Positions 23,624-36,775 of a stretch of 64,000 nucleotides of DNA are shown here, piece by piece (the first letter of the stretch is position 1; each line of letters opens with the position of its first letter). A program made the position numbers and the translations under genes. Source of the DNA: Oikopleura dioica (taxonomy: Eukaryota; Animalia; Chordata); assembly GCA_907165135.1 (NCBI GenBank), contig OU015567.1, forward strand, positions 14,508,001 through 14,572,000, written 5' to 3'. Below the pieces are notes generated by a model. It was not told the origin of the DNA and searched no databases. It saw only the letters and a list, made by a program, of their open reading frames with translations.

Positions 23624-26600
23624 TTAGGACGTCCAACTGAATACACGTCCTCTGGAGTCGCCGGTGTAGAAGCGCGAGTGGTCGTGCGAGATGCCGAACG
23701 AAGTCACGCCGATTGAGGACTCGGAGTCGTTGCTCGGAAGAGCAAGTTTACTTCGCAAAACTAGACGCTCTTCCCAACAAGTTCCAGACATGCCCCAAGA
23801 AGATGCTCTGGAGCTCTCTTCTTGCGACGAGTTTGAGCTCAGACTGAATAACTGTCACTCGTCAATTCGAAAAGCGTTTTCTCACCTCGAGTTCCGACAG
23901 GGAACTAGTTCACGCGCCCAAACACGTATCGATCCGTCTGTGTGCCCGGATAGAACCATTCTCGGTCGTTCCCACTCTCGGCCAGCCGGTGCTCCAATAC
24001 ATGCGACTTTCTCCGTCTGCACAGAGCCTAAAAACGACAAATAAGTTTCCACAAAAGGAAGCTTTCAAACCTAATGGGTCGCCATTGATCGAGTAGACGG
24101 AAATCTGACGCGAGGAAGCAACGAAAATATCGCCAGTAATCCAGCATGCTTTTATGTCCATTATTTCGCTACTGTGGGTTCCCAACAATCGAATGATTTT
24201 GAAAGTCGATACATCCCAGATGTTCACTCTGCCATCTTTACAGCCAGATATCAACACGCCGTATTCTGGGAGACATCTCAGCGAGGTGATTAGATTTCTT
24301 AAAATAAGTTAGAAAGAAGCTATTTAGGATGATATTTACCCGTGGCCACGCATAACTCTCGCTAGCGATACTGATTTCTGTTTGAGATCAGTATGCCAAG
24401 CTGTTATAGAAGTATCTCTGTGACCGAGAAAAAGCAGCTCTTCTCCAAGAGTAGCAGCTACTGTAATCGGCGATCGGTACAGGTCTTCGAATATCGCGAT
24501 CGGCTTGAATTGGATTTATCGGATTTTTAATTTCAGTCATTTTACCTTTTCTGAATCAGAAGCAAGATATCTGATGGAGAAGTCTGGATTCTGCCAAAGA
24601 ACATCTTTGGTCGCCCCAGCTCTGATACGCCCGAACGGTAGAGCTTTCAGATCGCCTCGATCATTGATAAGAATCGAGCCAACTTTACCTGTTCGTTCTA
24701 TCAATGGTTTTTCGGAAGAACGAACTAAACAAGAAATAGACAATAAAGTCTTTATTTTTAATCAGACCTTGGTTGAGCTTGTGATAGAATGCATTCTTGA
24801 GTCCAGCAATCAAAGTAGCTTCGGCAATAGAAACTCTATTCCAAGGCCCTTTTCGTTGGGGATGAGGCTTGTTGAAGAGCTTCGTTGGAATTTGACCAAA
24901 ATTGTTGATGAATCCGATCGCGGCGTTTCTTTGAAGAGGATCTTGAATGCTGAAAACGTCGACTTGTCCTTCATAAAAGAGCGGATGGAAGAGATTGTGC
25001 ACGTCCAACGCAGCTTCGCCAGCTTGTTTGAAGCCGAATATCAGGTCTATCCACTGAGAGATATTTGACGAGACGTATGGACTTTCAAGAGCAGCTCGGT
25101 GAATCCTCACAAATTCCCTGGTGCTTCCTCGAGCCCATGTCGGAAGAACAACGTCGCCAAGTTCCGTCCCACTCTGCTTTTTGCCCAAGTCGAATTTATT
25201 TCTGTTTTCGAGGAATTCCGGGAGATAGAAAAACTCTGGAATGAGTTCTCTTACATCCGCGTTATTTCTCGTCGAAGCAGAGAGCCAGGCTTCCTTCACA
25301 GAATGAAACATGCGATCTGGCAAGTCGAAGTGGCCGCCTTGGAGGCGTAAGAAGAAGTCCGTGAAGGGCTCTGATCGGACAAGGAATGATGACACTAGAT
25401 GAGAGATTATCACATGAGAATACATTTTCCCTTACCAATCATTGCCGAGGAATAGTGCGTTCCGTAATAATAAGGCGATGTCTCGCTCCCAAGTTCACAC
25501 AGTTCCTTGTACCTCTTCCTAAACTGTGCAAGTCTGTCAGCTGCTTGTGCTCCCATTGGCAAAGAAAAGTCGCGGAATGTTTCTGATTTTGCAAAATCCA
25601 GCGCACTTGAATCATAATCGGCGATTACCCAAGGGAAAATCGGATACTGCATGAGATCGTTGTATGTTCGCCCAGCCCATGTGTTCAAAATGACGAGATA
25701 CTCAAAATTAGAGATTTCTCCGTTTTCCCACTTTTTCGTCAAACCGTCCATCATTTGAGAAGCATCGGCTGTTCTTGCTTGCGGAGCGTATTGGAGAAGA
25801 CGTTGGAGAGCTCTTTGACGCTCGTTCTTCTCGAAAGCCAGGAGGTAAGTTCTTCCGTTGGCAAGGAAGAGTTCGAGGCCAATCGGTTGAAGCAGGTACC
25901 GTCGCTTTTCAATATTTCTGATTTGATTGAGCGAAAATTTATTCACTTGAATCGGATTATCAGCTGGCGCTTCGTTTGTTCTTGTGGGAATCACAAACTG
26001 AGACTCTTCTTCCTTCATCCTCACAATTTCCTTTATCTTGTTATCTTTCGTTATTCCTAGACCATCGATGAGGTAAATTTTCTGCTTTCCGATGACAAGA
26101 AGACCCTCATGGGCGTCGAGTCCTGCCACTCGTCCGATTCTGTAGCTGTAGCGGACCTTATCTCCAGGCTCGAGGATTTTTCCAGAAATTTGAGGATTCG
26201 TTTCGGCGCCAAAGACATCTTGAGATGTTCCAGTTGGGGATAGAGGAGGTTCTTCGATCGGGGATAACGGTGGGCCAGAATCATCAGTGCTACTTGTGGA
26301 CACTTTTGGAGCATTTCCAAGTTTTGCCGCGATACTCTCGATTTCTATGGATTCTTGCTTCAATACCTCAACTTCTGAGGGGCTTCCAGTGCTTGATTGA
26401 CTACTGATTCTTCTGTGTTCTATATTTGGATTCTTCGCTCTATAGAACTCTTCGGAAAGGGATGAAGATGGCTTCTTATGTTTTCCAGGCAATCCACAAG
26501 AGCTTATTGGAGGGTAGTTTTCATAGAACTTTGTGTTTGGGACCATCAGCCGTCTTGTTCGCGCTGGACCCTCTGATGTATCGAGCATCCAGCGAACAAA

Positions 26601-29600
26601 TTTGTCTGGTTTTGAAGGTCCAAAAAGACCACCAGGCATAGTAAGCCCGAGGGAGATTTCTTCCCAGTCGGCTTTTGCCGCTGACATCTTGCGACCGTAC
26701 TGAAACGCCTTGTCGGACATTTCATTAGCAATTTGATCGCGGAGAACTTCGCACTCGAGTCGAAGCCAGCTCATTGCGTCAGAAACAGATGCTGTGCGTT
26801 TGACAGTTAGTGCTCGCCTCGACGCGGATGTAAACTTTCCCATCGATCCAGAAAGCTTTCTGAGCATTCCGCCTGGAGGTTGAACCTTTGGCTTTGACTT
26901 TTCCTTGAAAGACGTCCATTGCCGGGATGCCATATCCCGGAGCATTATCTTACCGACATCGATAGACGATCCAGGTGGAATGCTTACTTTGCAGTGAGCT
27001 TCAAACTCGAGACAGCGCGATGCCAACAGTATGTTCCAAGCAGCAGTGATAGAGTTATTCAATGTTTCATGAATAACTGTTGGCGCGTGGATTCGATCTT
27101 CAGAAGAAACTTGCTCGATGAATCTTCTTCCGCCCGAGTCACTGGATAGCTGGAATAGACAATGCGCAAGAAGAAGGGCATATTCGATAGCGTCTTTGTT
27201 GCCTTCCTGTGTAAATGGAAAGATAACGGCTTTGAATTCAATGATGAGATCGACCGCTGCCGCAGCAACGAGTTGCTCGGCTTCTGTCATCGTCGATTTG
27301 CATAAATTCAAGTACATGCATTTCCAAAGGGTGTGCTCAAGACTCTCCAAAACGGCTCTAGGTGCGCGATTTGACCGGGATCGAATTAACAAGTTTGCCA
27401 TTGTATGACAAAGGTCGTACAGCGCACTCTTGTAGCAATCAAACTCCCAAATTCGATCAACAACACGGGCAAGGAAGTGGGATAGGTTTTCTATTGTCGT
27501 CAAACGCTGCGAGAACTCGAGATGGACTGGCCAATTCCATGGAAGATTTGTCAGTCTGATAAACGATTGAAGGGCATCAACAAGAGTCGTGAAGACAGCT
27601 TTCTGCTGAATGGGGAGGGCACCTTGCGGCGGACTGACGCCAAGGATGGCATCGCACACATTCTTGAAGACGATAGACCCGCAACCCAATGAGACTGAGT
27701 TCGTAAATAGCGCAATTAACTGATCGATAACAAGTTTCTCCGCCGATTGCATCTCATCCGACAGCTTCGTCGCCGGCGATTCGTACGGATAGAGCACATA
27801 AACTAATTGCTGAACAAGTTGCTCTTGGAAAAATGCCTTGCCAAATTTCGGCAAGTGATTTCTATACAGCTCCATGAGCATCGGAAAGACAGCTTGAGTA
27901 GCGGAATCATCATTATTCGTCAATTGACGACGCAATATTGAGTAAATAAGAGTGAAGCAGGATGAAGTAAGAGCATTTGGACTTGATGCTTGATTCTCGA
28001 TGAAGCCTTCGCCGAGTTGTCGAGTTCCTGCGATGTCCGGATCAACGGCTTGTCCGATCAAAAGGCCGAGAATTATTAAACAGTTTTGAACATTGTCTAC
28101 ACTTCGCTCAAGCAACTTTGATAAGATTTTAAAACAATTTGCTGTCCTCGGAGCTTCGTCGTTGGCTACTTGATCTTCCTGAGCTTCGTAGGTCAAGTCA
28201 AATCCCTTTTCTTTCTTTGATTTGGTCGTCTTCTGAAGTAAACTTCCATTCAAAAACCTCTCAGATGATGCTGGGCAGCTAAGAAATAATGCCGATAATA
28301 ATGATAAGATAACTGGCTGATCCGATGGCGGGCATTGATCCAGCAGGGTTAATAATAATTCCCATCCAAAAAGCTTTTCAAATCGATCCGCGAACTCTGT
28401 GGATTTCTTATCGCTTGTCATCAGACGAAAGAACATCTTCGCAATCGCAAGGAAAACTTCTCGCTTAATTTGAACCGCGTAAATGAGACTATTGCCGATC
28501 ATGAGGAGATCATCATCAGATGAAGTCAAAGCTTCTAGCAGGTCATATGCCGAGCCAATGCATGAATCTGGAATGTCATGTTCGAATAAAAGCTGAAGTA
28601 GATTAGGGCATATCTCAGAGCGCAAAATCTCTTCCTTCAGCGTTGATGGATGGCTCTTTGAGCCACGCATGAGCTCAAGAACATGCTCAAGAATGTATCG
28701 TAAACATTCGGATGACTTCCACAGAAACAAATCCAGAATCAGCAGATTCAGAGCTTCGCTGTTGATGGAGGCCGGAGCTTTTGCCCCTCCGAATGAAGCC
28801 GTCCGAGTAATTTGAATGACGACATAGAAGATCAATCTACTTTGGAAAAGAGGTGTTTTCTCCGAAAGAAGATAGGCCAAAATGGGAAGTGTTCGTTCAA
28901 GCTCGAACTCAGCGCTGACGGCAGGCGATAACTGAATTACACGGCTGAATGAATCTAGTGCGTCGACTAACGAGTCCAGATCTTCAGCCTGCTCAACAAG
29001 TGACAGGAACAGAAATGGGCCACCTACTCCCAGTAGCGATCCATAAGGAACAGTTGCAGGCACAATTTCAACTGGATCGCCATCGTTTCCCGGCACATCC
29101 GACAAAAATCCGCCTACAGCGCGTTCTTGTCCAGTCAAACAACTGACTCCATTTTTTAGAATAAGCTCTTCGCTTTGATTCAGTCCATTCTCAGGAAACA
29201 ATGCCAAAAGAATTCCATCTTCATTGACCATCTGTAACTGCTGGAAGCAACCTCGATAGAGAGGCCCTTTATTGAAAATATTGGCAGCCAAGTTGGCTGG
29301 TAAAGCTTCATTGAAGCAATAAAGCGACGAAATTGACCAGTCAGCTTTTGGCAGTTGACTCAAACTATCTGTAGTTCCAAGGGTCATATTAACGCAATGG
29401 CTTGATGCTCCCGAGAGATGATAGCTACTCGTTGATCCAGATGGATATCGCAATTTTCCACTGTTGCTTAGTTCAACCAGGGTTGCCCAATCGGACAAAA
29501 AATCTTGGTCTTGGCGATCCGATTCCGATCCGATCCGATTCGAACCTCGCCCGATCCGACCGATTACCGATTCCGATCGGATTTTTCGGATTCCGATTAA

Positions 29601-32600
29601 AGTTCATGTCCGATCGGAAAAATTTTCTAAAATTTTCAAGTTAAAATTTCAATTTAGAGTACTGAATATGAAGAAAAACTCGAAAATATCAAGTTCTTTC
29701 GATACAAACGCCCTTCTAACCATTTTACCTGTAATTTCCGTGAAAATTAATGGATAATTTTGGGTTTTCGGGGGCTTGGATCCGCAACATGTGTACAAAA
29801 CCTATAAGGGTCCTGAAAGAGCTTTCATAAAAGCCGCCTAGGCGCTAGAATTTCCTAGAAACGAAGCAACAAATGGCTTTCGCAAAAAGAACCATCTCAA
29901 TGGTTGACATTCTCGATGTAACACTTAATCATCGTGACCAAGGTTTTGTTTATAACTAATATTCAGAGATAATATCAAGTTTTTGCTGGCTTGGACCAGT
30001 AACCAGAGATGTCTCAATGATTGAGATTCTCAGTCAACGTGATGATCACTTCGTGATCGACGTTTTGATCGTAGGTTGCCAGGCCCTGTGTGGGGGGGTT
30101 AAAGGACGTAATTAAGCTCTTTTTGAGAAAAAATGCCTAAAAATTGGTGAATTTACAGAAATATTACTTTCTATAAGTATATTTTAAGTCTAAGTCACGG
30201 ATTTTAGTGGTTTTTGAATGAATGAATCCGACTTTTTTACCCATTTTCCGATCGGATTATCGGATCCGATTTTACCGATCGCAACCGATTTTACCGATCG
30301 GACATGACCAAATTTTCGTTGCCTCGTCCGACCAATTACCGATCCGATTCCGATCGGACCGAATTTCCGATCGGATTCCGATCCGATTGGGCAACCCTGG
30401 TTCAACGCAGCCACTGTCGACCCACAAATAGCACAAAGATTGTTTAATCAGTCCTCGAGTAAATTGCAGATGAAAATGGTGCACCTCGCCATCAAAGAAT
30501 GGCTCGGGTAGTTTTCCGACAACAGAGTCAACATTTTCGAAGTTTGGCGATTGAGCCGAAGGCTCTGTGAAATCAATTTCAAGTTCTTCGAGCTGATTAT
30601 GGGCATTATAAGGCAGCTCACGAGTGGAAACGACGACATGTTTTGATTTCGTGATAAGAACGGAGAGAACAACATACGAAGATTTCCTACTAATCCCTTG
30701 CCGCCAGATTGTTACCATTGGCAAAGCGACTGGGCCTTCATCAGGAACATTTTTGATGCTAATCCAGGTAGATATACAAAACCCATTAACGGGAGGCCAG
30801 GAGTGCTGAATTGATCCGGTAAGCCCAGATGATATTGATGAGGCCATTGTAGGAAAATCTGACAAGGTTCCTTCTGCAGCAACGGGCAATAAACCTGGTA
30901 TTTCGATTCCTGCGGAGCGACCGCTCGAAGAATTCAATCGAAGAATCGCTGGGACTTCTGGAAGTTTGTTTTCACATCGTCGTTTTAGAATCTCCAAAAT
31001 GCTCCTGAAAACTCTTGGTCGAAGACTTTGCGAGTCAGCCGCCATGCCAGATGTATTTAGTGGCTCTAATAGTCGCAAATACAAGTACAAATACTTAGGG
31101 CTTGCTGAGGTTGATAAGAGTCCTTCCAAAAGTTGAAATGTTAACCGAGAGAGTTTTGTTTCGTTTGTCGATGATACATAATCAGAGATAAAGTTCACGT
31201 AAGGCTCTGAGCAGAGAATCTCGAGAAGATCATCGGATAATTCCGGTGATACATGTCGGGCATTTTCTGGATGCGAGAGGAGCCTTTGAATCGTTTCCAA
31301 AATGCAACACTGAAGAAATGAACGCTGGGGTGGATCAGGAACAAGAATCGCGGGAACAAGTTTTAGAATTACAACAAGAAAATGCGCAAGTTTGATCTTC
31401 TTCTCAACGACGGAAACTTTCAGTATCGCCACGATAACAAGAAGCACTCTTCGCATAGAAATCGACAAATTGTGATGACCGTTCAGAATATCGTTGAAGT
31501 TGGTGATTGAAAGTATGTCTAGCTCGATTTGCAGCGTACTCTCGGTGTTATTCTCCATCGTTTTATATTCGTAAAAGATCCCGAAGCTTCGAACGAGTTG
31601 AGTGAGTTTTTCTATCGGAAGAACTCTTCTAAATGTAGCGAATCCTTTCCCACATCCAGAGATAGATGAGAAGATCAGGTTCATGACGGTTTCTAGTTCT
31701 TCTGTCGTCTCAACTCTCGGTAAACCAGTTCTTCCGAATGATTTTTCTGGTGAAAATGCACCTTTGAACTCATTCAAAAACACTTCAATCAGCTCAAATC
31801 CCCGTCCATTCGCAAATGCAATCTGCGCTTCTGGAGAGCTTTGGAGAATTTGCGACAAGCAGCGGGTAACATCCATGCACAAAGTTCGGTCTTTTCTGCT
31901 CGATTCTTCGTGAAGAAAGTTCAGAATAGAGTTGATACCGAGCTCTGGGTCTGCTATCATCAAACTTCGAGCTAATTCGAGAGCCGCGGATCTCGTCGGA
32001 ATATTCGACATAAGTTTGATGACCGCTTCGAAGCCGCCCGAGACAAAAAAGCTTCTGCTAGCGCGACCTTCATCTTGTGCGTCTTGCACCATGAAGGTTG
32101 TCGTAAGGCAAACTTTAACAAAAACATGATGAAAAAGATAAGCAACATTAGTATCTTACCTTGGCGACAGAGGGCGGTGATATTCGTCAGGTCAAAGTTC
32201 GTGCTCTGCGGTGTGTTCTCTTGCTCCAACCGGTTCTGCTGAGCGATCAGTGTTTGCGCCGCGACAGCTAAATTAAGCCGTAATTAAAAAAAAATGTGGA
32301 ACGCTTTTTTCATACCTACGAACCCAACATCCACTGCAATGCCCTGAATAAAATATAGTGAAAATAAATCAATACATTATATACAGGGATTCTCCCGGGA
32401 GCTCTGTGCGCGATCTGTGAACTCTTTTCTTTATGTATACATGTATATAGATGCCATACGCGGATACCTTGTAGGTTCGTTTCTGTTTAATCAGCCGCTC
32501 TATCATGCTAAAGCTTCCCATGGTGAATTCAATCGAGACATTTTGCCGAAGAATCGCCAGAATTGGCTCAAGTTCTTCAGAAAGAACGTATCCGAGATTG

Positions 32601-34027
32601 AGTCCGACCCACTCGATGATGTTGAAAAAACGTCTCATGTTGTCGATTGGCTTTTCCATCACCCGGTCAGCGAGGATCGAAATTGTCTTTTGCGGAAGAA
32701 GGATGAAGTAGTTCGCAGGATCTTGTTGGTAAAGAGACAGGATAACATCCAAAATCGTAGTTGTGAGAATGAGAGATTTGGAACGAGTCCACACAGTTTG
32801 TAAGACTTGAAATGCGGGTATGTTCCTGACGCTGACTCCTCGCCCCATTGGTCGTGGAAGGCGGAAGCCGGACTGCCCGCCAGAAGATGGAGCGGATGGA
32901 CGAAGCTCGATGAAACCACAGGTCGCGAGGCTGGCGACAAGAAGCACGAGATTCCGAAGCGCCTCTTCGCACTCCATTGATTCCTGCTTCTTTGAATCAG
33001 CTTTCTGATTGTGGAGAGTGTCTTCGAGCGAAAGGAGCAGCTCCGCGAGGAAGATATATCCATCCGCTCGCTTGAATGAGTCGAGCAATTGTTGCGTACA
33101 CGAACTCGAGTCTTGCAAGAAGCAAATCACACAAACAAGACGTTCGATTGACTCCAAAGGCGTCGCTTTGTTCTTTTTCAGGTTATGCAGCCATTCTTCA
33201 ATCAACCCTCGTGACTGGATGTATTGGGCGACGTTGAGGCTCATCGTATGACGGGCGATTGACAACAAGGCGTCGGAGCTGATGCGACGCCAGTGCTGAC
33301 CTTTGGCAGTTGCCGCGCTTTGGAACAAAAGTTTAAGGTCGTCGTTAGCTACTAGCTCTTCCGTCGTCGAAGCTGATCTGAGAAGCCGCGAAAGGAGCTG
33401 CCCAAAAGAGGAGATAAACAGGTATTGCTTTTCTTGGTCGACGTCTAGTTGTATGTCCAGCAAAAGATAAAGCGATCTGAGAAGCGGGCTCGAGAAGAAT
33501 CAACTTGCATCTCGATTTAAAGTTTTAAGAATTGATAAGAATATTTAATATTAACTGCGAAAAAGTACTCCTGCGCTCTCAATAATTGATAAACAGAAAG
33601 CCTCAAAGCCGTTCCTTGATAAACAGCTTGCAACGCCGTGCGAAACCAATTTCTCAACTGCCCCGCCGCCGGAAAATGCCAAGATTCTCACGCATTGAAA
33701 AAGATTCCAGCAGGATCCATTCGGCAGGAGAATTCTGGCGACTTCTTGTCCAGCGACGTCTGGGTCAGGATTATTTGCTCTGGACTTGACTTCTCTGATG
33801 AAGACGATCGAGCAGAGCTTCGTAAAGTCGCCGGAATACTCTCCAAATTTCTCGCGAATCTCTCCCGCCGAAGCATTCGAGAAGGAAGCCAAAAAGAGCG
33901 GGATAAAGCAATTGAGCCGCTCTGCCTGTTCATTCGGATCTCGAAGATTCGCAGCTAGCCGAATCTCGTTGAAGTGACGGCGAAACTCCAAGAGCGAAAG
34001 CATCCTGTTTTCGTCTGATTCCGACAT
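23624..34027 (-). CDS. WDFY3: BEACH/WD40 protein WDFY3/Alfy (WDFY3/4 family)
   Basis: ConA-like PPVNGFCISTWI, WMLDTSEGPARTRR, PH domain, BEACH (KWENGEISNFEYL, YPIFPWVIADY, YGTHYSS, LQGGHFDLPDRMFHS, FINNFGQIP), and WD40 repeats ending GDSRGRVFSWTS*. Confidence 0.93.
29478..30399. mobile_element. 922-bp non-autonomous TIR element (CAGGGTTGCCC TIRs, CCGATCGG subterminal repeats), 7-bp TSD, inserted in WDFY3
   Basis: TIRs cagggttgcccaatcgga / tccgattgggcaaccctg. Flanking direct repeats GTTCAAC at 29471-29477 and 30400-30406. Confidence 0.92.
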
Positions 34028-34868
34028 TTTCGCTACTGTGGGTTCATTTTCTTATCATCCGAACAGCTAAAATCAAATATCCAAAAACCACTAAATACTA
34101 TCTACTTTGAATATTCCGCTTTTCTTAAAATTAATCTCTCTTGCAAAAAAAAGAGGCAAACTGCCAGTAATAAGGTCTCAATTTGGCAGTATCGACCGAC
34201 AGTTTCGCGGTTACTGCAACTCTATTTGACTGTATTTGAATAAGAATGAGCCCGAAGTTAAAACAAGTCGATTATTCCAAAAGTCATCATAGGAAAATAA
34301 AAATCCCTTCTCCATTAAAAAAAAGAAGTCTTCACTCCAAAAAGTCTCTACTGGTCAACTTACTGTTTTTCACTACAGTCCAGCCATCTTCAAAAAAAGC
34401 AAAAGGTCAAAGCATACTTTCCCCACTGTGCGACAATCTAAAAGACAAAACATTGAATTAGTGGAGGTAAATATCCTACAAGCTGGGTGGCCCTTAAAGG
34501 TAATTAAATTACAGATTGTTAGTTTCTCAATTCTCATTTTTCTTAATAAAAAAATAAATATATTTTTCGTTGCAGAAGTACCTTCTTAGTAGTCTGATCT
34601 CTAGGAGAAATAATTTTCAACTAAAAAAACGCGGTGAACATGCAATGAATCGATCGATTGGAGTAGCTCTCACGACCGGGAAGGGCAACTTCTCGAAAAA
34701 GATCGAGCATCGATTTTTTCTCCCTTCGCAGCTAATCAGCTGTACTCCTGCTCTCGTACCATCCTCATTATCTATCATTATCTTCTCACCCTGCACATGC
34801 AAGAAGGCAATCTGATTATACACTTATCATATTAGCAGAAATTTTGCATAGATCAAGAAAGGGTTGTA

Positions 34869-35004
34869 GGGCGCCCAGTTTCACAATTGTGAACCCGGTT
34901 CACAATTTTGTGACCCGGTTCACAAAATTTTTAAAAGTACGAAATCAGGGGTTTGTATGCGCTCCGCAAAATTGTGAACCAACCGATTGTGAACCTGGGC
35001 GCCC
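34869..35004. mobile_element. Small palindromic MITE-like element
   Basis: gggcgcccagtttcacaat ... attgtgaacctgggcgccc, with internal (tt)gtgaacc repeats. No TSD seen. Confidence 0.6.
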
Positions 35005-35171
35005 GCCACCCCGAGAAAGTTTATTATTCAGTTATCATATACCATGAATGAGGGAACTTTTTGAATTCTTCGAAATTTCGACATTCTGAATAAATATTTT
35101 TTTAATTAGATAATATTTTATCAACGTGACATCATAAAATGTCCGATAACATGAAATTCTTGTGATTCTCT

Positions 35172-35766
35172 TGATAAGTGAAAATCACTTTTGCGGAGCA
35201 AAATTCTACACCCCATATTACTTGTGCTCATTAGAAAGAAAAACTTCTGAGGAGTCGAATGGTATAGTTTTTAGAGTCTGAGTCATCACCTATGACGTCA
35301 TAAGGGCCCCCCTTTGAAAAATGGTCATGAAGCCCTGTATCTCGAAAAATTTTCGGAAATAAATTGAGATTTTGGTATCGTTGAAAAGCCAAGATCAAAC
35401 TGGCTATGAGCACCTGGTGCGCAAAATAAAATTTCCAGCAAAAAAAAATTTCTGAGAGAAAAACTTTTCACGCAAAAAATTTTTTTTGAAATTTTCTATT
35501 GCGCACCTAGTGCTCATAATCAGTTTGAGCTGGGCTTTCGAACGATACTAAAACCTCTACACATTTCTGAAAATTTTCAGAGATACAGGGCTTCAGTACC
35601 TGTCATTTTCGGGAACTTTAGGCACTAGAATTGGAGATTTTCCGTGGCTATAACACATAAAAATGGTACCATTCGACTCCTCAGAACCTGCGCTACAAGA
35701 TGAGCACAAAAAATATTGAGGTCCCGATTTTGCTCCGCAGAAGTCATTTTCATCTATCTCTTATCA
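35172..35766. mobile_element. Degenerate foldback MITE
   Basis: Nested inverted pairs: tttgcggagcaaaat/attttgctccgcag, tctgaggagtcgaatggta/taccattcgactcctcaga, agccctgtatctc/gagatacagggct, tatgagcacc.ggtgcgca/tgcgcacc.agtgctcata. Confidence 0.75.
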
Positions 35767-35947
35767 GTCAATCTTACCTTATCAAAATCGACGACAGCGA
35801 AGAACGAAGTCTTACAGTACTGTGCAGGTAGCTCTTGTTGCATTTGACTTTCATTTAATATTCGTCATTTCCATTTCCTCTGGCCGAAATTATCGGTAGA
35901 ACACTGCCTCGTCAAAAGAATGGAGTTATTAGATTGGGCAAAGACGC

Positions 35948-36508
35948 GGAGCACACTCAAACGCGCGGCGCACTCATTTGCGCGAGCGCTCAAACGCGCG
36001 GACGCTCATTTGCACGGACACGAGCGAAAGAGTGTCCCCCGCGAATGAGCGTTTGATTTAATTGGTCGACGATGAAAAATATACTTCAGTATCCTCAAGA
36101 ATTTTAAAGCAGAACAAAAACCATGACTCAGTGGTGTCAGTTCTTAGATTTTTATTAAAAAAAAATCGGAACAATTTCCGAAAAGACTAATCACCGGGAA
36201 AGAATGAAGATTATTTCTTTTTCAATTAGTTATCGAGTGTTATGTAATAATTGTCCAGAAATTTTAAGATGATCATACAATGTGTCATTTTAACTTATAT
36301 TTGGAAAATACAGCAATTAGAGTGAGAAATACGCTGATGAACAGTTTTAATTTTGTATTTTCGGAGAAATATTCTTGCGCATATTTTCGACCAATTAAAT
36401 CAAACGCTCATTCGCGGGGACACTCTTTCGCTCGTGTCCGTGCAAATGAGCGTCTCCCGCATTTGAGCGCTCGCGCAAATGAGTGCGCCGCGCATTTGAG
36501 TGTGCTCC
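35948..36508. mobile_element. Mutator-like MITE, long (~125 bp) TIRs, 9-bp TSD
   Basis: Long inverted repeats starting ggagcacactcaaa. TSD CAAAGACGC at 35939-35947 and 36509-36517. Confidence 0.88.
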
Positions 36509-36775
36509 CAAAGACGCGTATCCCGCGGCGGCGATTGGCTCATCCGAGGTGACAATGCACTTTTCGACACGCATCGATTCCCAAAATCGGACCTTTTTAG
36601 ACGAAATTTTTAGAAGAAGAGATTTCTAAGAAGATATGAAGAAAACCATAAAATGATGCTGATTAGATACTATCCTGTGTTATATTATTATCCCTAAAAT
36701 GAATTGAAACTAATCAATCATTATTATTAATTAACGATAAACAAATTAAGAGAATCGAGTCGAAGATATTATAAA

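Larger units (their letters stand above)
6742..34027 (-). other. Operon-like run of 10 co-oriented genes
   Basis: Approximate stop-to-start gaps: 293, -4, 306, 59, 85, 39, 66, 38 and 32 bp. An AG-A-ATG context occurs at most starts. Confidence 0.75.

Noticed and set aside
29402-30431. ORFs rich in SDRI/PIR
   Set aside because: Translations of the transposon subterminal repeats.
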